Source of the DNA: Eledone cirrhosa
Taxonomy: Eukaryota
DNA: 64,000 nt
Direction of reading: 5' to 3'
Assembly (NCBI GenBank): GCA_964016885.1
Contig: OZ024742.1
Span: forward strand, 18,166,001 to 18,230,000
Both the position numbers and the translations under genes were made by a program. The notes beneath the pieces were generated by a model. It had not been told where the DNA came from and made no database searches. It saw nothing but the letters and a program-made list of their open reading frames with translations. Shown here in pieces: positions 47,490-59,640 of the stretch (position 1 is its first letter; every line of letters starts with the position of its first letter).

Positions 47490-48110
47490 TAATAATAATA
47501 ATGAAATTATTGTGTAAAGTGCTCAGGTGCACTACAACTCGTCAAAGGTGTATGTATAGTACATAGAATAATACACAAATGTCAGGGAAGTGAATAGTGT
47601 ATGAGTCATGGTATACATGTGTGTATGTGTATGGAGGGGGAACATTAGCTGTAGTGTTGGCAGATCTCAGGGAAGCATGGAGGCCTTAGAGGATGCAGTG
47701 TCTCCACAGCTAACAACTGATGCAGGTAGTTTGTTCCATGCTTCAGCAACTCTGAGCGTGAAAAAATGTTTCCGAAAGTCATGGGAACGGTGCTGTTTTC
47801 TGACTTTGTGGGCATGTCCACGTGTGTTAGACACATGGAAATCAAAAAGGTACTCAGGGTTGTTGTTGGCAAGATGGTTAACAATTTTGTGGGTGTTTAC
47901 CAAGTCAGTTGCCAGGCGTCGGAGCCTCAATGTATCCATGCCCAGGGAAGCAAGGCGCTCAGAGTATGGTAGATGCCTGATGGAGGGTATTCGCTTGGTT
48001 GCACGTCTCTGAACAGTTTCCAGGCGGTCAATGTTCTGAGCAAGATAGGGGTTCCAGACTGGTTATGCAAATTCTAAGTGTGGCCGCACCATAGCCATGT
48101 ACATAGTAAA
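47490..48110 (-). mobile_element. CR1-like LINE 3' fragment nested in a piggyBac MITE
   Basis: LRLRRLATDLVNTHKIV...TRGHAHKVRK...HFFTLRVAEAWNKLP with an (att)n tail. Confidence 0.85.
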
Positions 48111-48476
48111 TATAGAGTAATTTAATTGTTGTGTGAGATATGTGAGGTAAAGCCTTGACCATGAAAATATAGTATATATAGAGTAATGTAAATTGTAAAG
48201 GGTTAAAAATACTCTGAGTCAATCACACATTGTAGTCAATTATTTCTGGATAGTTTATTTGTCCAATATTGTTACAGCTATATAAATACATTTTGTGTTT
48301 CAGTTGTCACAATACACCTTTTATTACATATCTCACTATCTCTTGTTAGGTTGAAAATTTATTCAAATATGTTTTTAAACAGAAACCGTTTGTTTAGATA
48401 ATTGATGTGCTTAATCTTCATAGAAGACTTTGTTTTGAGAGTTCACAGATCAGCTTTATCATTGTTAAGTTCTACT

Positions 48477-48576
48477 TCACCAAATGGTTGCTTTTCTTGT
48501 CGGATTCATAAAATCATTTGGCTTACAATTAAATGCTGAAGAAAATTCTTCTGTGTTTTGCAAAGTAATGATGACT
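48477..48576 (-). CDS. Neprilysin/M13 peptidase-like gene, last exon
   Basis: ttttacag|A then VIITLQNTEEFSSAFNCKPNDFMNPTRKATIW*, matching the M13 C-terminus (IIGTLQNS.EFS.AF.C....MNP..KC.VW). Confidence 0.88.
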
Positions 48577-49233
48577 CTGTAAAATAAATAAACATAAATA
48601 AGATAAAGAAGGGGCACCAATATATTTCTTCCCCAAACTACCAAAACACACATCTATTTGAATATGCTCTACAATTTATGTACATGTTATGTTTATCGCA
48701 TATCAGTTTTTTTTTTATATCCTGGTTGGTATTTGATAACAACAACCAAACTAATCACTACAACTAAATTGACCCCCCTCCCCCCCTCCATTCAGAAATG
48801 CTTCTCTTGCCCCTGTAAAGGATGTATATTTTGAAATGTGACAAGCAAAGTTTGGAATAGAAATAGTTGTAATATTTTGACTAAACAATTATTTGATTAA
48901 ACAATTATTGCTAATACTATCTATCAGTCGCAACTCCAGGTAGAAGGAGCAACGTGAAATAAAGTGTCTTGCTCATGGACATAACGCATCGCCTGGTCCA
49001 GGAATCGAACTGACAACCTCACGATTGTGAATCCAGTTCTCTAACCACTCAGCCACATGCCTTCACTAAAGAATATAGTCTAAAAATGTGGCATATAAAC
49101 CTGCTGAACAGAAAAAGATGGGTATCAGTACACATGGGAGTTGAATCCACACCTCTCATTTACTGAATCAAGAGGTGTGGGTTCTATCCCACAATATAAC
49201 TGCAATTTTAACAATGTTTATCATAAAACTCAC

Positions 49234-49310
49234 CTGCTTTTGCCCGACATATTTGATCTTTGAGATTTTGTATCCATTGCATTTTGCATTATTTGTTTAT
49301 CACACCACGC
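49234..49310 (-). CDS. Neprilysin/M13-like gene, penultimate exon (77 nt)
   Basis: ctacag|AWCDKQIMQNAMDTKSQRSNMSGKS(R)|gtgag, in phase with the last exon. Confidence 0.82.
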
Positions 49311-49468
49311 CTGTAGTAGAAATATTGATATATATGTCAGTAGGCTAAAATTGAATACTTTAGATTTTAGAAAAATGGGTAGATTGAATGATGTTTGCTG
49401 CCAGTCCATCTGAGAAGTAAGTAGCCCCAATTAACCCTTTAGCATTTACATTATTCTATATATACTAT

Positions 49469-49655
49469 GGGCGGTGGATTGGCAGTATCGGTAGAGGGTC
49501 GGACGCCATGCTTTCCAGCATAGTTACGTCCCTTTACAATCTGAGTTCAAATCCCGCCGAGGTTGACTTTGCCTTTCATCCTTACGGGGGTCGATAAAAT
49601 AAAGTACCAGTAATGTACTGGGTAATTGCTGGCCTTGTGCCTAAAGTAGAAACAG
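49469..49655 (+). mobile_element. Full-length family-B SINE monomer with 18-bp TSD, inside a piggyBac MITE
   Basis: TTATTCTATATATACTAT duplicated at 49451-49468 and 49656-49673. A and B boxes present. Confidence 0.9.
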
Positions 49656-50940
49656 TTATTCTATATATACTATTGTATTTTCACAGTAAAGGCTTTAACT
49701 CAGATAATATTGCATCTAGGAGATTTTGATATTATATATTTTGAGAACAGTACCTTAACATCAGTATGAGTGGCCAGTTACAGCTGTTTGAGCAAAAGAG
49801 GTGAGAGAATTATGGCCGGTTTAAATGTTAAAGGGTTAAGTAGTGTGACAACCCTTGCAACCTTGATAGTAAGGAAAAACTAATGATCATGATGAACATA
49901 GTCACTTCATTTCTCTTCAACCTGCACATATCCTCTATATTTACTGCCCATGTCTCACTGCCATGTAACAACACACAGTGATGTTCCCTGGCAGTGAGAT
50001 ATGAGCAGTAAATGTGGAGGCTGGAGTTTGATGTTAAACATATTAAGCTAAATATCGAACACAAACATTCTTATTCATTTTTATTCTGACTCACAAATAC
50101 TATGTACATATTACTGGCAAAATTTTAAACATTCATTTCATTAATTCATGGTTTCTGAAGTTAGATAGAATACCTCGGCAGTATTTCATTAACTGTAGCT
50201 GTAGACTTCTCACCTTATCAAGTGTGTGAGTGCAGTCTACTGGGGACTTTTTATCATGGCAGCAACATTAGAAAGACTAACAGAAAAACCACCCTTCAGG
50301 TGGTTTTCTGCTATCATGTGTAATGTGCATATTGATATTATACACAAGTATGATACATCAAATAAAATCTACATGTAGATATGATACATCAAATAAAATC
50401 GTAATTGACAATATACACTGAAATTGAGCGAAGACTGCATTACACTGTCTTATGTAATCAGTAACGTAATCCATGATACATTAAAAAAAGACGATATATA
50501 TAAACTGCATTAGGAGAAAATTAGTGACAGAAATATATGAATGTTTATTTAAGCGATCGCTAACCGGAAATGTTGACATTTGAAAATTTAAAAAAAGGGA
50601 ATCTTTAAATAACCAACAAAATTATTTATATTTAATCAAGAATAACGAAATTTAGTAGATAAATTATGTAATATTCATTATTTATTCAAAGTAATCCAAC
50701 TTATTTTACTAATGGGATAAAAAATTATAAACCGTACGCAGCCCCGTGCTCCTTATTTTATTATAGTTTAGATTTTTGGTCTTTGAAGTAGGATGAAGTG
50801 GTGGGGGGCTGTATGATGAAGTGTGTGTGTGGGGTGTATGATGGAAGGAGTTATGAAAGATGATAAATACAATGTTACGTGTAAGTGATGACAATTGCTT
50901 TAGAAAACAATAACTTAGTAGATATTAAAATATAACATAC

Positions 50941-51039
50941 ATGAGCATAACTGACAAAAAACAGTTGTTGACTTGTAAAATTAATTGTTGGTAATCTCTG
51001 GGCTTCCAAGTTCAACTCTTGCATCATTTTATGATAGGC
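50941..51039 (-). CDS. Neprilysin/M13-like gene, internal exon (99 nt)
   Basis: ttttgcag|AYHKMMQELNLEAQRLPTINFTSQQLFFVSYAH|gtatgt, matching the M13 motif LPGL..T..QLFF..FAQ. Confidence 0.88.
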
Positions 51040-51299
51040 CTGCAAAAATAATTTACTATAAAATATAAATTTGGATTTATGTAATTGAATACAAACTAAT
51101 TTTGAAGCAAAGGGTTTATAATAATAATGAAATTGTGTACAATGCTCAGGTGCACTACAACTCATCAAAGGTGCATGTATAGTACATAGAATAATATACA
51201 AATGTCAGGGAAGTGAATAGTGTATGAGTCATGATATACATGTGTGCGTGTGTATGGAGGGGGAATATCAGGTATAGTGTTGGCGAATTTCAGGAAGGT

Positions 51300-54200
51300 T
51301 CATGTAGGTTTTAAAGGATGCAGTGTCTCGACAGCTAACAACTGATGTAGGTAGTTTGTTCCATGGAGGTTTTAAAGGATGCAGTGTCTCAACAGCTAAC
51401 AACTGATGTAGGTAGTTTGTTCCATGGAGGTTTTAAAGGATGCAGTGTCTCAACAGCTAACAACTGATGTAGGTAGTTTGTTCCATGGAGGTTTTAAAGG
51501 ATGCAGTGTCTCAACAGCTAACAACTGATGTAGGTAGTTTGTTCCATGGAGGTTTTAAAGGATGCAGTGTCTCAACAGCTAACAACTGATGTAGGTAGTT
51601 TGTTCCATGGAGGTTTTAAAGGATGCATTGTCTCAACAGCTAACAACTGATGTAGGTAGTTTGTTCCATGGAGGTTTTAAAGGATGCAGTGTCTCGACAG
51701 CTAACAACTGATGCAGGTAGTTTGTTCCATGGAGGCTTTAAAGGATGCAGTGTCTCCACAGCTAACAACTGATGCAGGTAGTTTGTTCCATGGAGGTTTT
51801 AAAGGATGCAGTGTCTCGACAGCTAACAACTGATGCAGGTAGTTTGTTCCATGGAGGTTTTAAAGGATGCAGTGTCTCGACAGCTAACAACTGATGCAGG
51901 TAGTTTGTTCCATGGAGGCTTTAAAGGATGCAGTGTCTCGACAGCTAACAACTGATGCAGGTAGTTTGTTCCATGGAGGCTTTAAAGGATGCAGTGTCTC
52001 GACAGCTAACAACTGATGCAGGTAGTTTGTTCCATGGAGGTTTTAAAGGATGCAGTGTCTCCACAGCTAACAACTGATGCAGGTAGTTTGTTCCATGGAG
52101 GCTTTAAAGGATGCAGTGTCTCGACAGCTAACAACTGATGCAGGTAGTTTGTTCCATGGAGGCTTTAAAGGATGCATTGTCTCCACAGCTAACAACTGAT
52201 GCAGGTAGTTTGTTCCATGGAGGCTTCAAAGGATGCAGTGTCTCGACAGCTAACAACTGATGTAGATAGTTTGTTCCATGGAGGCTTCAAAGGATGCAGT
52301 GTCTCGACAGCTAACACCTGATGCAGGTAGTTTGTTCCATGGAGGCTTCAAAGGATGCATTGTCTCAACAGCTAACAACTGATGTAGGTAGTTTGTTCCA
52401 TGGAGGCTTTAAAGGATGCATTGTCTCCACAGCTAACAACTGATGCAGGTAGTTTGTTCCATGGAGGCTTTAAAGGATGCAGTGTCTCGACAGCTAACAA
52501 CTGATGTAGATAGTTTGTTCCATGGAGGCTTCAAAGGATGCAGTGTCTCGACAGCTAACACCTGATGCAGGTAGTTTGTTCCATGGAGGCTTCAAAGGAT
52601 GCATTGTCTCAACAGCTAACAACTGATGTAGGTAGTTTGTTCCATGGAGGCTTTAAAGGATGCATTGTCTCCACAGCTAACAACTGATGCAGGTAGTTTG
52701 TTCCATGGAGGCTTCAAAGGATGCAGTGTCTCGACAGCTAACAACTGATGTAGATAGTTTGTTCCATGGAGGCTTCAAAGGATGCAGTGTCTCGACAGCT
52801 AACACCTGATGCAGGTAGTTTGTTCCATGGAGGCTTCAAAGGATGCATTGTCTCAACAGCTAACAACTGATGTAGGTAGTTTGTTCCATGGAGGCTTTAA
52901 AGGATGCATTGTCTCCACAGCTAACAACTGATGCAGGTAGTTTGTTCCATGGAGGCTTTAAAGGATGCAGTGTCTCGACAGCTAACAACTGATGTAGATA
53001 GTTTGTTCCATGGAGGCTTCAAAGGATGCAGTGTCTCGACAGCTAACACCTGATGCAGGTAGTTTGTTCCATGGAGGCTTCAAAGGATGCATTGTCTCAA
53101 CAGCTAACAACTGATGTAGGTAGTTTGTTCCATGGAGGCTTTAAAGGATGCATTGTCTCCACAGCTAACAACTGATGCAGGTAGTTTGTTCCATGGAGGC
53201 TTCAAAGGATGCAGTGTCTCGACAGCTAACAACTGATGTAGATAGTTTGTTCCATGGAGGCTTCAAAGGATGCAGTGTCTCGACAGCTAACACCTGATGC
53301 AGGTAGTTTGTTCCATGGAGGCTTCAAAGGATGCATTGTCTCAACAGCTAACAACTGATGTAGGTAGTTTGTTCCATGGAGGCTTTAAAGGATGCATTGT
53401 CTCCACAGCTAACAACTGATGCAGGTAGTTTGTTCCATGGAGGCTTTAAAGGATGCAGTGTCTCGACAGCTAACAACTGATGCAGGTAGTTTGTTCCATG
53501 GAGGTTTTAAAGGATGCAGTGTCTCCACAGCTAACAACTGATGCAGGTAGTTTGTTCCATGGAGGCTTTAAAGGATGCAGTGTCTCGACAGCTAACAACT
53601 GATGCAGGTAGTTTGTTCCATGGAGGCTTTAAAGGATGCATTGTCTCCACAGCTAACAACTGATGCAGGTAGTTTGTTCCATGGAGGCTTCAAAGGATGC
53701 AGTGTCTCGACAGCTAACAACTGATGTAGATAGTTTGTTCCATGGAGGCTTCAAAGGATGCAGTGTCTCGACAGCTAACACCTGATGCAGGTAGTTTGTT
53801 CCATGGAGGCTTCAAAGGATGCATTGTCTCAACAGCTAACAACTGATGTAGGTAGTTTGTTCCATGGAGGCTTTAAAGGATGCATTGTCTCCACAGCTAA
53901 CAACTGATGCAGGTAGTTTGTTCCATGGAGGCTTTAAAGGATGCATTGTCTCCACAGCTAACAACTGATGCAGGTAGTTTGTTCCATGGAGGTTTTAAAG
54001 GATGCATTGTCTCCACAGCTAACAACTGATGCAGGTAGTTTGTTCCATGGAGGTTTTAAAGGATGCATTGTCTCCACAGCTAACACCTGATGTAGGTAGT
54101 TTGTTCCATGGAGGTTTTAAAGGATGCATTGTCTCCACAGCTAACACCTGATGTAGGTAGTTTGTTCCATGGAGGCTTTAAAGGATGCATTGTCTCCACA

Positions 54201-55210
54201 GCTAACAACTGATGTAGGTAGTTTGTTCCATGGAGGTTTTAAAGGATGCATTGTCTCCACAGCTAACACCTGATGTAGGTAGTTTGTTCCATGGAGGCTT
54301 TAAAGGATGCATTGTCTCCACAGCTAACAACTGATGCAGGTAGTTTGTTCCATGGAGGCTTTAAAGGATGCATTGTCTCCACAGCTAACAACTGATGCAG
54401 GTAGTTTGTTCCATGGAGGTTTTAAAGGATGCATTGTCTCCACAGCTAACAACTGATGCAGGTAGTTTGTTCCATGGAGGCTTCAAAGGATGCAGTGTCT
54501 CGACAGCTAACACCTGATGCAGGTAGTTTGTTCCATGGAGGCTTCAAAGGATGCATTGTCTCAACAGCTAACAACTGATGTAGGTAGTTTGTTCCATGGA
54601 GGCTTTAAAGGATGCAGTGTCTCAACAGCTAACAACTGATGTAGGTAGTTTGTTCCATGGAAGGTTTTAAAGGATGCAGTGTCTCGACAGCTAACAACTG
54701 ATGCAGGTAGTTTGTTCCATGGAGGCTTTAAAGGATGCAGTGTCTCGACAGCTAACAACTGATGCAGGTAGTTTGTTCCATGGAGGCTTTAAAGGATGCA
54801 TTGTCTCCACAGCTAACAACTGATGCAGGTAGTTTGTTCCATGGAGGCTTCAAAGGATGCAGTGTCTCGACAGCTAACACCTGATGCAGGTAGTTTGTTC
54901 CATGGAGGCTTCAAAGGATGCATTGTCTCAACAGCTAACAACTGATGTAGGTAGTTTGTTCCATGGAGGCTTTAAAGGATGCAGTGTCTCAACAGCTAAC
55001 AACTGATGTAGGTAGTTTGTTCCATGGAAGGTTTTAAAGGATGCAGTGTCTCCACAGCTAACAACTGATGCAGGTAGTTTGTTCCATGGAGGCTTTAAAG
55101 GATGCAGTGTCTCGACAGCTAACAACTGATGCAGGTAGTTTGTTCCATGGAGGCTTTAAAGGATGCATTGTCTCCACAGCTAACAACTGATGCAGGTAGT
55201 TTGTTCCATG
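51300..55210. repeat. 61-bp satellite (~64 copies) amplified inside a CR1-like 3' end
   Basis: Unit gaggctttaaaggatgcagtgtctcgacagctaacaactgatgcaggtagtttgttccatg. CR1 sequence continues on both flanks (51125-51300 and 55210-55337). Confidence 0.97.
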
Positions 55211-55530
55211 CTTCAGCAACTCTGAGCGTGAAAAGATGTTTCCGAAAGTCATGGGATCTGTGCTGTTTTCTGACTTTGTTGGCATGTCCACATGTAAGTC
55301 AAAAAGGTACTCAGGGTTGTTGTTGACAAGATGGTTAATAATTATCATCATTATCGCTATCATCATCATCACTATCATCATCATCATTGCCATCACCATC
55401 ATCATAGATTTTATCTAGAAAAACCTTGATCTTTATGAATGAACAATACTTTTTTCAAAATTTAGATGTTTTACAAAGTATTTAAATTTAAATACTAATT
55501 TAACTTTATTTAACCAACTTTATTTCTTAC

Positions 55531-55729
55531 CTGAAGGGCTATTTTGAGACCACCAATATCGGCGCTACTTTCTAAGATGTCTTGTAGTTGTAATTCCTGT
55601 AAAATAACTGAACTGGTTATCAGATGTAACATGTCATATTGGTTCAAACAATGTAGATAACATTTAAAGTTTTGTACAATATCATTTGAAAACCCAAGAG
55701 GAAAAAATGACAAATAATTCATTCCATAC
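55531..55729 (-). CDS. Neprilysin/M13-like gene, exon with the ExxADxGG motif (5' boundary uncertain)
   Basis: NFKCYLHCLNQY...ILESSADIGGLKIALQ|gtaag. Candidate acceptors precede 55729 (gacag) and 55596 (ttttacag). Confidence 0.78.
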
Positions 55730-55814
55730 CTGTCAAATAAATGCCTGCATTTAGTTAAATAAAATTTTGATGAATTAAAAAAAATGTATACACACACATA
55801 TATATTATTTGATT

Positions 55815-55958
55815 ATATAATAATCAACACAATATAATTATTCCATTACCAAAGGTTTCAGGAAACTAGACGATCTTAACAGAAACAATGTTTCTGTAAG
55901 GATCATCTAGTTTCCTGAAACCATTGGTAATAGAATAATTATATTCTGTTGATTATTA
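55815..55958. repeat. Imperfect ~70-bp-arm palindrome (MITE-like)
   Basis: ggtttcaggaaactagacgatc...gaaaca-a-tgtttc...gatcatctagtttcctgaaacc. Confidence 0.75.
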
Positions 55959-56039
55959 TGTAATTAAATAGCTCTGTACTATATGTAGAGCACTCTTCTT
56001 TCCTTTACCGTTTCTACAGAAATACTTAACACATAAAAC

Positions 56040-56122
<83 letters not shown>

Positions 56123-56149
56123 GTGTGTGTATATATATATATATATATA

Positions 56150-56238
<89 letters not shown>

Positions 56239-56586
56239 GGAGGCATATGGCTTAGTGGTTAGAGCATTGGCCTTGCAATCGAAAGGTTGTGAGTTCAATT
56301 CTCAGACCGGGTGATGTGTTGTTTCCTTGAGCAAGACACTTTATTTCACATTGCTCCAGTTTACTCAACTGTAGAAATGAGATGATAGGGACTGGAGTCC
56401 TATCATTCCACTGCAAAGTGGTCGTGGAGGTGCCACGGCAAAAAAGCACCCAGCACTCACTGTAAATGAGGTTGGTGTTAGGAAGGGCATCCAGCTGTAG
56501 AAATCAAGCCAGATTCAGTTCCTGTCCCACCCTTGCAAGCAGGGAAAAGTGGACGTAAAATGAAATGATGATGAAATGATGATATA

Positions 56587-56617
<31 letters not shown>

Positions 56618-56685
56618 GTGTGTATATATATATATATGTGTGTATATATATATATATGTGTGTATATATATATATATATGTGTGT

Positions 56686-56739
<54 letters not shown>

Positions 56740-56740
56740 T
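56040..56740. repeat. (TA)n/(TG)n compound microsatellite interrupted by a SINE
   Basis: Runs at 56040-56238 and 56582-56738. Confidence 0.9.
56239..56580 (+). mobile_element. Full-length tRNA-derived SINE (family A)
   Basis: ggaggcatatggcttagtggttagagc A-box, gagttcaattc B-box, RTE-like 3' region and (gat)n tail. Confidence 0.88.
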
Positions 56741-59547
56741 TGCCTTACCAGAAGACGTGACAGAGTGTCTGTTGTTAACACTAAATCCCTCCCCCATGAA
56801 GAATGCACCTCCCAACATAGACTGATAATTAGCGACCTCATAGTCAGGACGAGACGTACTCGACAACAGAAGAGGACTATCCTCAGGAGGAAAATATGGA
56901 AGCTAAAGGACCCCACAGCCAGGAATAAATTTCAAAGCATATTACTTGATGCTTTCGACAGTAAGGAAGAACATTTAGAGTCGGACAATATAGAGGGAGA
57001 GTGGGAATTTCTGAAAGCAAACCTGCTGTTGGCGACAGACGAGGTCTGTGGCTGGAGCAGGCCTGTAGGCAGGAGGAGAGTAACATGGTGGTGGAACAGT
57101 AAGGTGGAGGGGTCAATTAAGGCCAAAAAGCAGGCTTGGAAAGTATGGCGGGATGGGGGAAGTAGAGAGGACTATCAAGTGGCCAGGAGGGAAGCTAGGA
57201 GACAAGTGTACTTAGCAAGAAGGGAAGCTGAGGAAAGAAAGTTCAAGCATGTTCTACAACGCGATGACCAAAAACGTGAGGTGTTCAGGATTGCTAGGCA
57301 ATGCGTCAAGGAAAACCGTGATATTGTCGGGGAGAAGTGTGTACTAAACGACGATGGCACACTTGCCATCACCGACGCTGATAAGAAGGTAGCTTGGAAG
57401 TGTCACTATGAAAGGCTTCTAAATGAGGAGAATAATTGGGAGAAAGGCAGTCTCCCCCATATCGACCCAATAGAGGGACCAGCAGTGTTAGTCGAGGGGA
57501 GTATAATAAGTAAGGCAATCAAGGATATGAAGACTGGTAAGGCGGCTGGGCCTTCGGAAATAGTTGCTGAGATGCTGAAGGCATCTGGCACGGTGGGACA
57601 CACCATGGTCACCCGCATAGTTAACCAAGTCGTACAGAATGGGGTTGTTCCGAAGGACTGGCATAGCAGCATCATCGTTAACTGTTATAAGGGTAAAGGA
57701 GACGCCCTAGATAGGAGTAACTATAGAGGCATTAAATTAATCGACCAGGTCATGAAGGTCACGGAAAGAGTAATAGCGCAACTAATCAGAGAGAGAATTG
57801 ACCTAGATGAAATGCAGTTCGGGTTTGTGTCAGGCAAAAGTACCACAGACGCTCTTTTCATAGTACGACAACTACAGGAGAAGTACCTAGCTAAAGGTAA
57901 ACCCCTCTACTTAGCTTTTGTCGACTTGGAGAAAGCCTTCGACAGAGTCCCCCGCTCCATTATCTGGTGGGCTCTTAGAAAACTAGGCGTTGACGAATGG
58001 CTTGTGAGGGCTATACAAGCCATGTATAAAGAAACAGTCAGCAAGGTTAGAATTAACAACGAATATAGTGAAGAGTTTAGCGTAAAAGTTGGCGTCCATC
58101 AGGGCTCTGTTCTCAGTCCACTACTATTTATTATTGCCCTTCAGGCTATAACAGAGGAGTTCAAGACAGGCTGCCCATGGGAACTCCTATACGCAGACGA
58201 CCTGACACTCATAGCAGAATCAATGGCCGAGCTAGAGAAGAAATTCCAAACATGGAAGCACGGCCTAGAGTCAAAAGGACTTAAAATTAACCTGGCTAAG
58301 ACCAAAGTACTAGTTTGTAGGAAAGAAAACAAGGCGGCGGTCCCTTCTGGGAAATGGTCGTGCTCGGTGTGTAGGAAAGGCGTAGGTAGAAACTCCATTT
58401 TATGTCCTAAATGCAAAGTATGGGTGCATAAAAGATGTAGTGGGATCACAGGTAAGCTAACTAAGAACATAGATTTTACATGTGGCCGGTGCTCTGGTGC
58501 AATAAGTAGCAGCAAGTGCCCACAAAATACTAGCTCTTTCAATTGCGCAGAGGGTTCTATAGAAATAGTGGACAGCTTCCGTTACCTGGGCGATAAAATC
58601 AGCAGTGGGGGAGGGTGCTCTGAAAGTACTGTAGCTAGAGTCAGAACTGGTTGGAAAAAGTTCAGAGAGCTTATACCACTATTAGCTGCTAAAGGGTTCT
58701 CACTAAAAATGAAAGGCAGGTTGTACGATGCCTGCATACGAACAGCAATGCTGCATGGCAGTGAGACCTGGGCATTGTGTGCAGAGGATATACGCAGACT
58801 AGAGAGGAACGAAGCTTGCATGCTCCGCTGGATGTGTAACAGTAATATACGTGAACGGCAAAGCATAAACGAACTAAGGAAAAAATTAGAGATAAGAGGG
58901 ATCAGATGTTGTTTACTCGAGAGAAGGCTACGTTGGTATGGACACGTGATGCGCATGAAAGTCGATAGCTGTATAACAAAGTGCAGGGCAATAAAGATAG
59001 ACGGTAGTCACGGAATAGGCAGACCTAGAAAAACCTGGGACGAGCTGATAAACTCCGACATCACACACTTACACCTCTCCAAGACAATGTCACTGGACCG
59101 AGACCTTTGGCGGTACTCAGTAACAGAGAAGACCCGCCTTACCTAAATATATAGTAAAACCTACTCCAGCCAGTAGGCATCTCTAACAAAATACACCCCG
59201 TCCCACCACCCCCACCCCCACCCGATCCACACCACCCCGTTCTATGTAAAGTTATGTTGGTGCCGCGCCATCGAGGCCGAAACAAATGAGATCGTGTAGG
59301 TGTCACGACAAAAAAACACACAGTCCACGCTGTAATGTGGCCGTGTAGGCAACACGGTAAAAACCTCCCAGACCCACACTGTAAATGTGGTTGGTGTTAG
59401 GAAGGGCATCCAACTGTAGAAAACCTACCAGACAGTCCTATGCGAGCAAGACAATCACTCTTGCCTCAAGTGGGACTACCCCCGTCCAAACCCATGCAAG
59501 CGTGGAACACGGACGTTAAACGTTGATGATGATGATGATGATGATGA
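56740..59547 (+). mobile_element. 5'-truncated RTE LINE: open RT ORF to 59146, 3'UTR and (GAT)n tail
   Basis: NYRGIKL, QFGF, AFVDLEKAFDRV, GVHQGSVLSP, LLYADD (YADD at 58190-58201), an internal PHD-like finger, RLRWYGHV and GRPRKTW. Tail gatgatgat ends at 59547. Confidence 0.95.
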
Positions 59548-59555
59548 TATATATA

Positions 59556-59588
<33 letters not shown>

Positions 59589-59640
59589 GTGTCTGCATTT
59601 ATATATGCATATGTATATATATATGCATATATATATGTGT

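Noticed and set aside
49133-49192. tRNA-like B-box sequence forming a small hairpin
   Set aside because: No full cloverleaf can be built. At most a fragment.
56576-56740. N-terminal 55 aa of the 856-aa ORF
   Set aside because: Read-through of (TA/TG)n microsatellite. The LINE is 5'-truncated at ~56740 and lacks most of the endonuclease.
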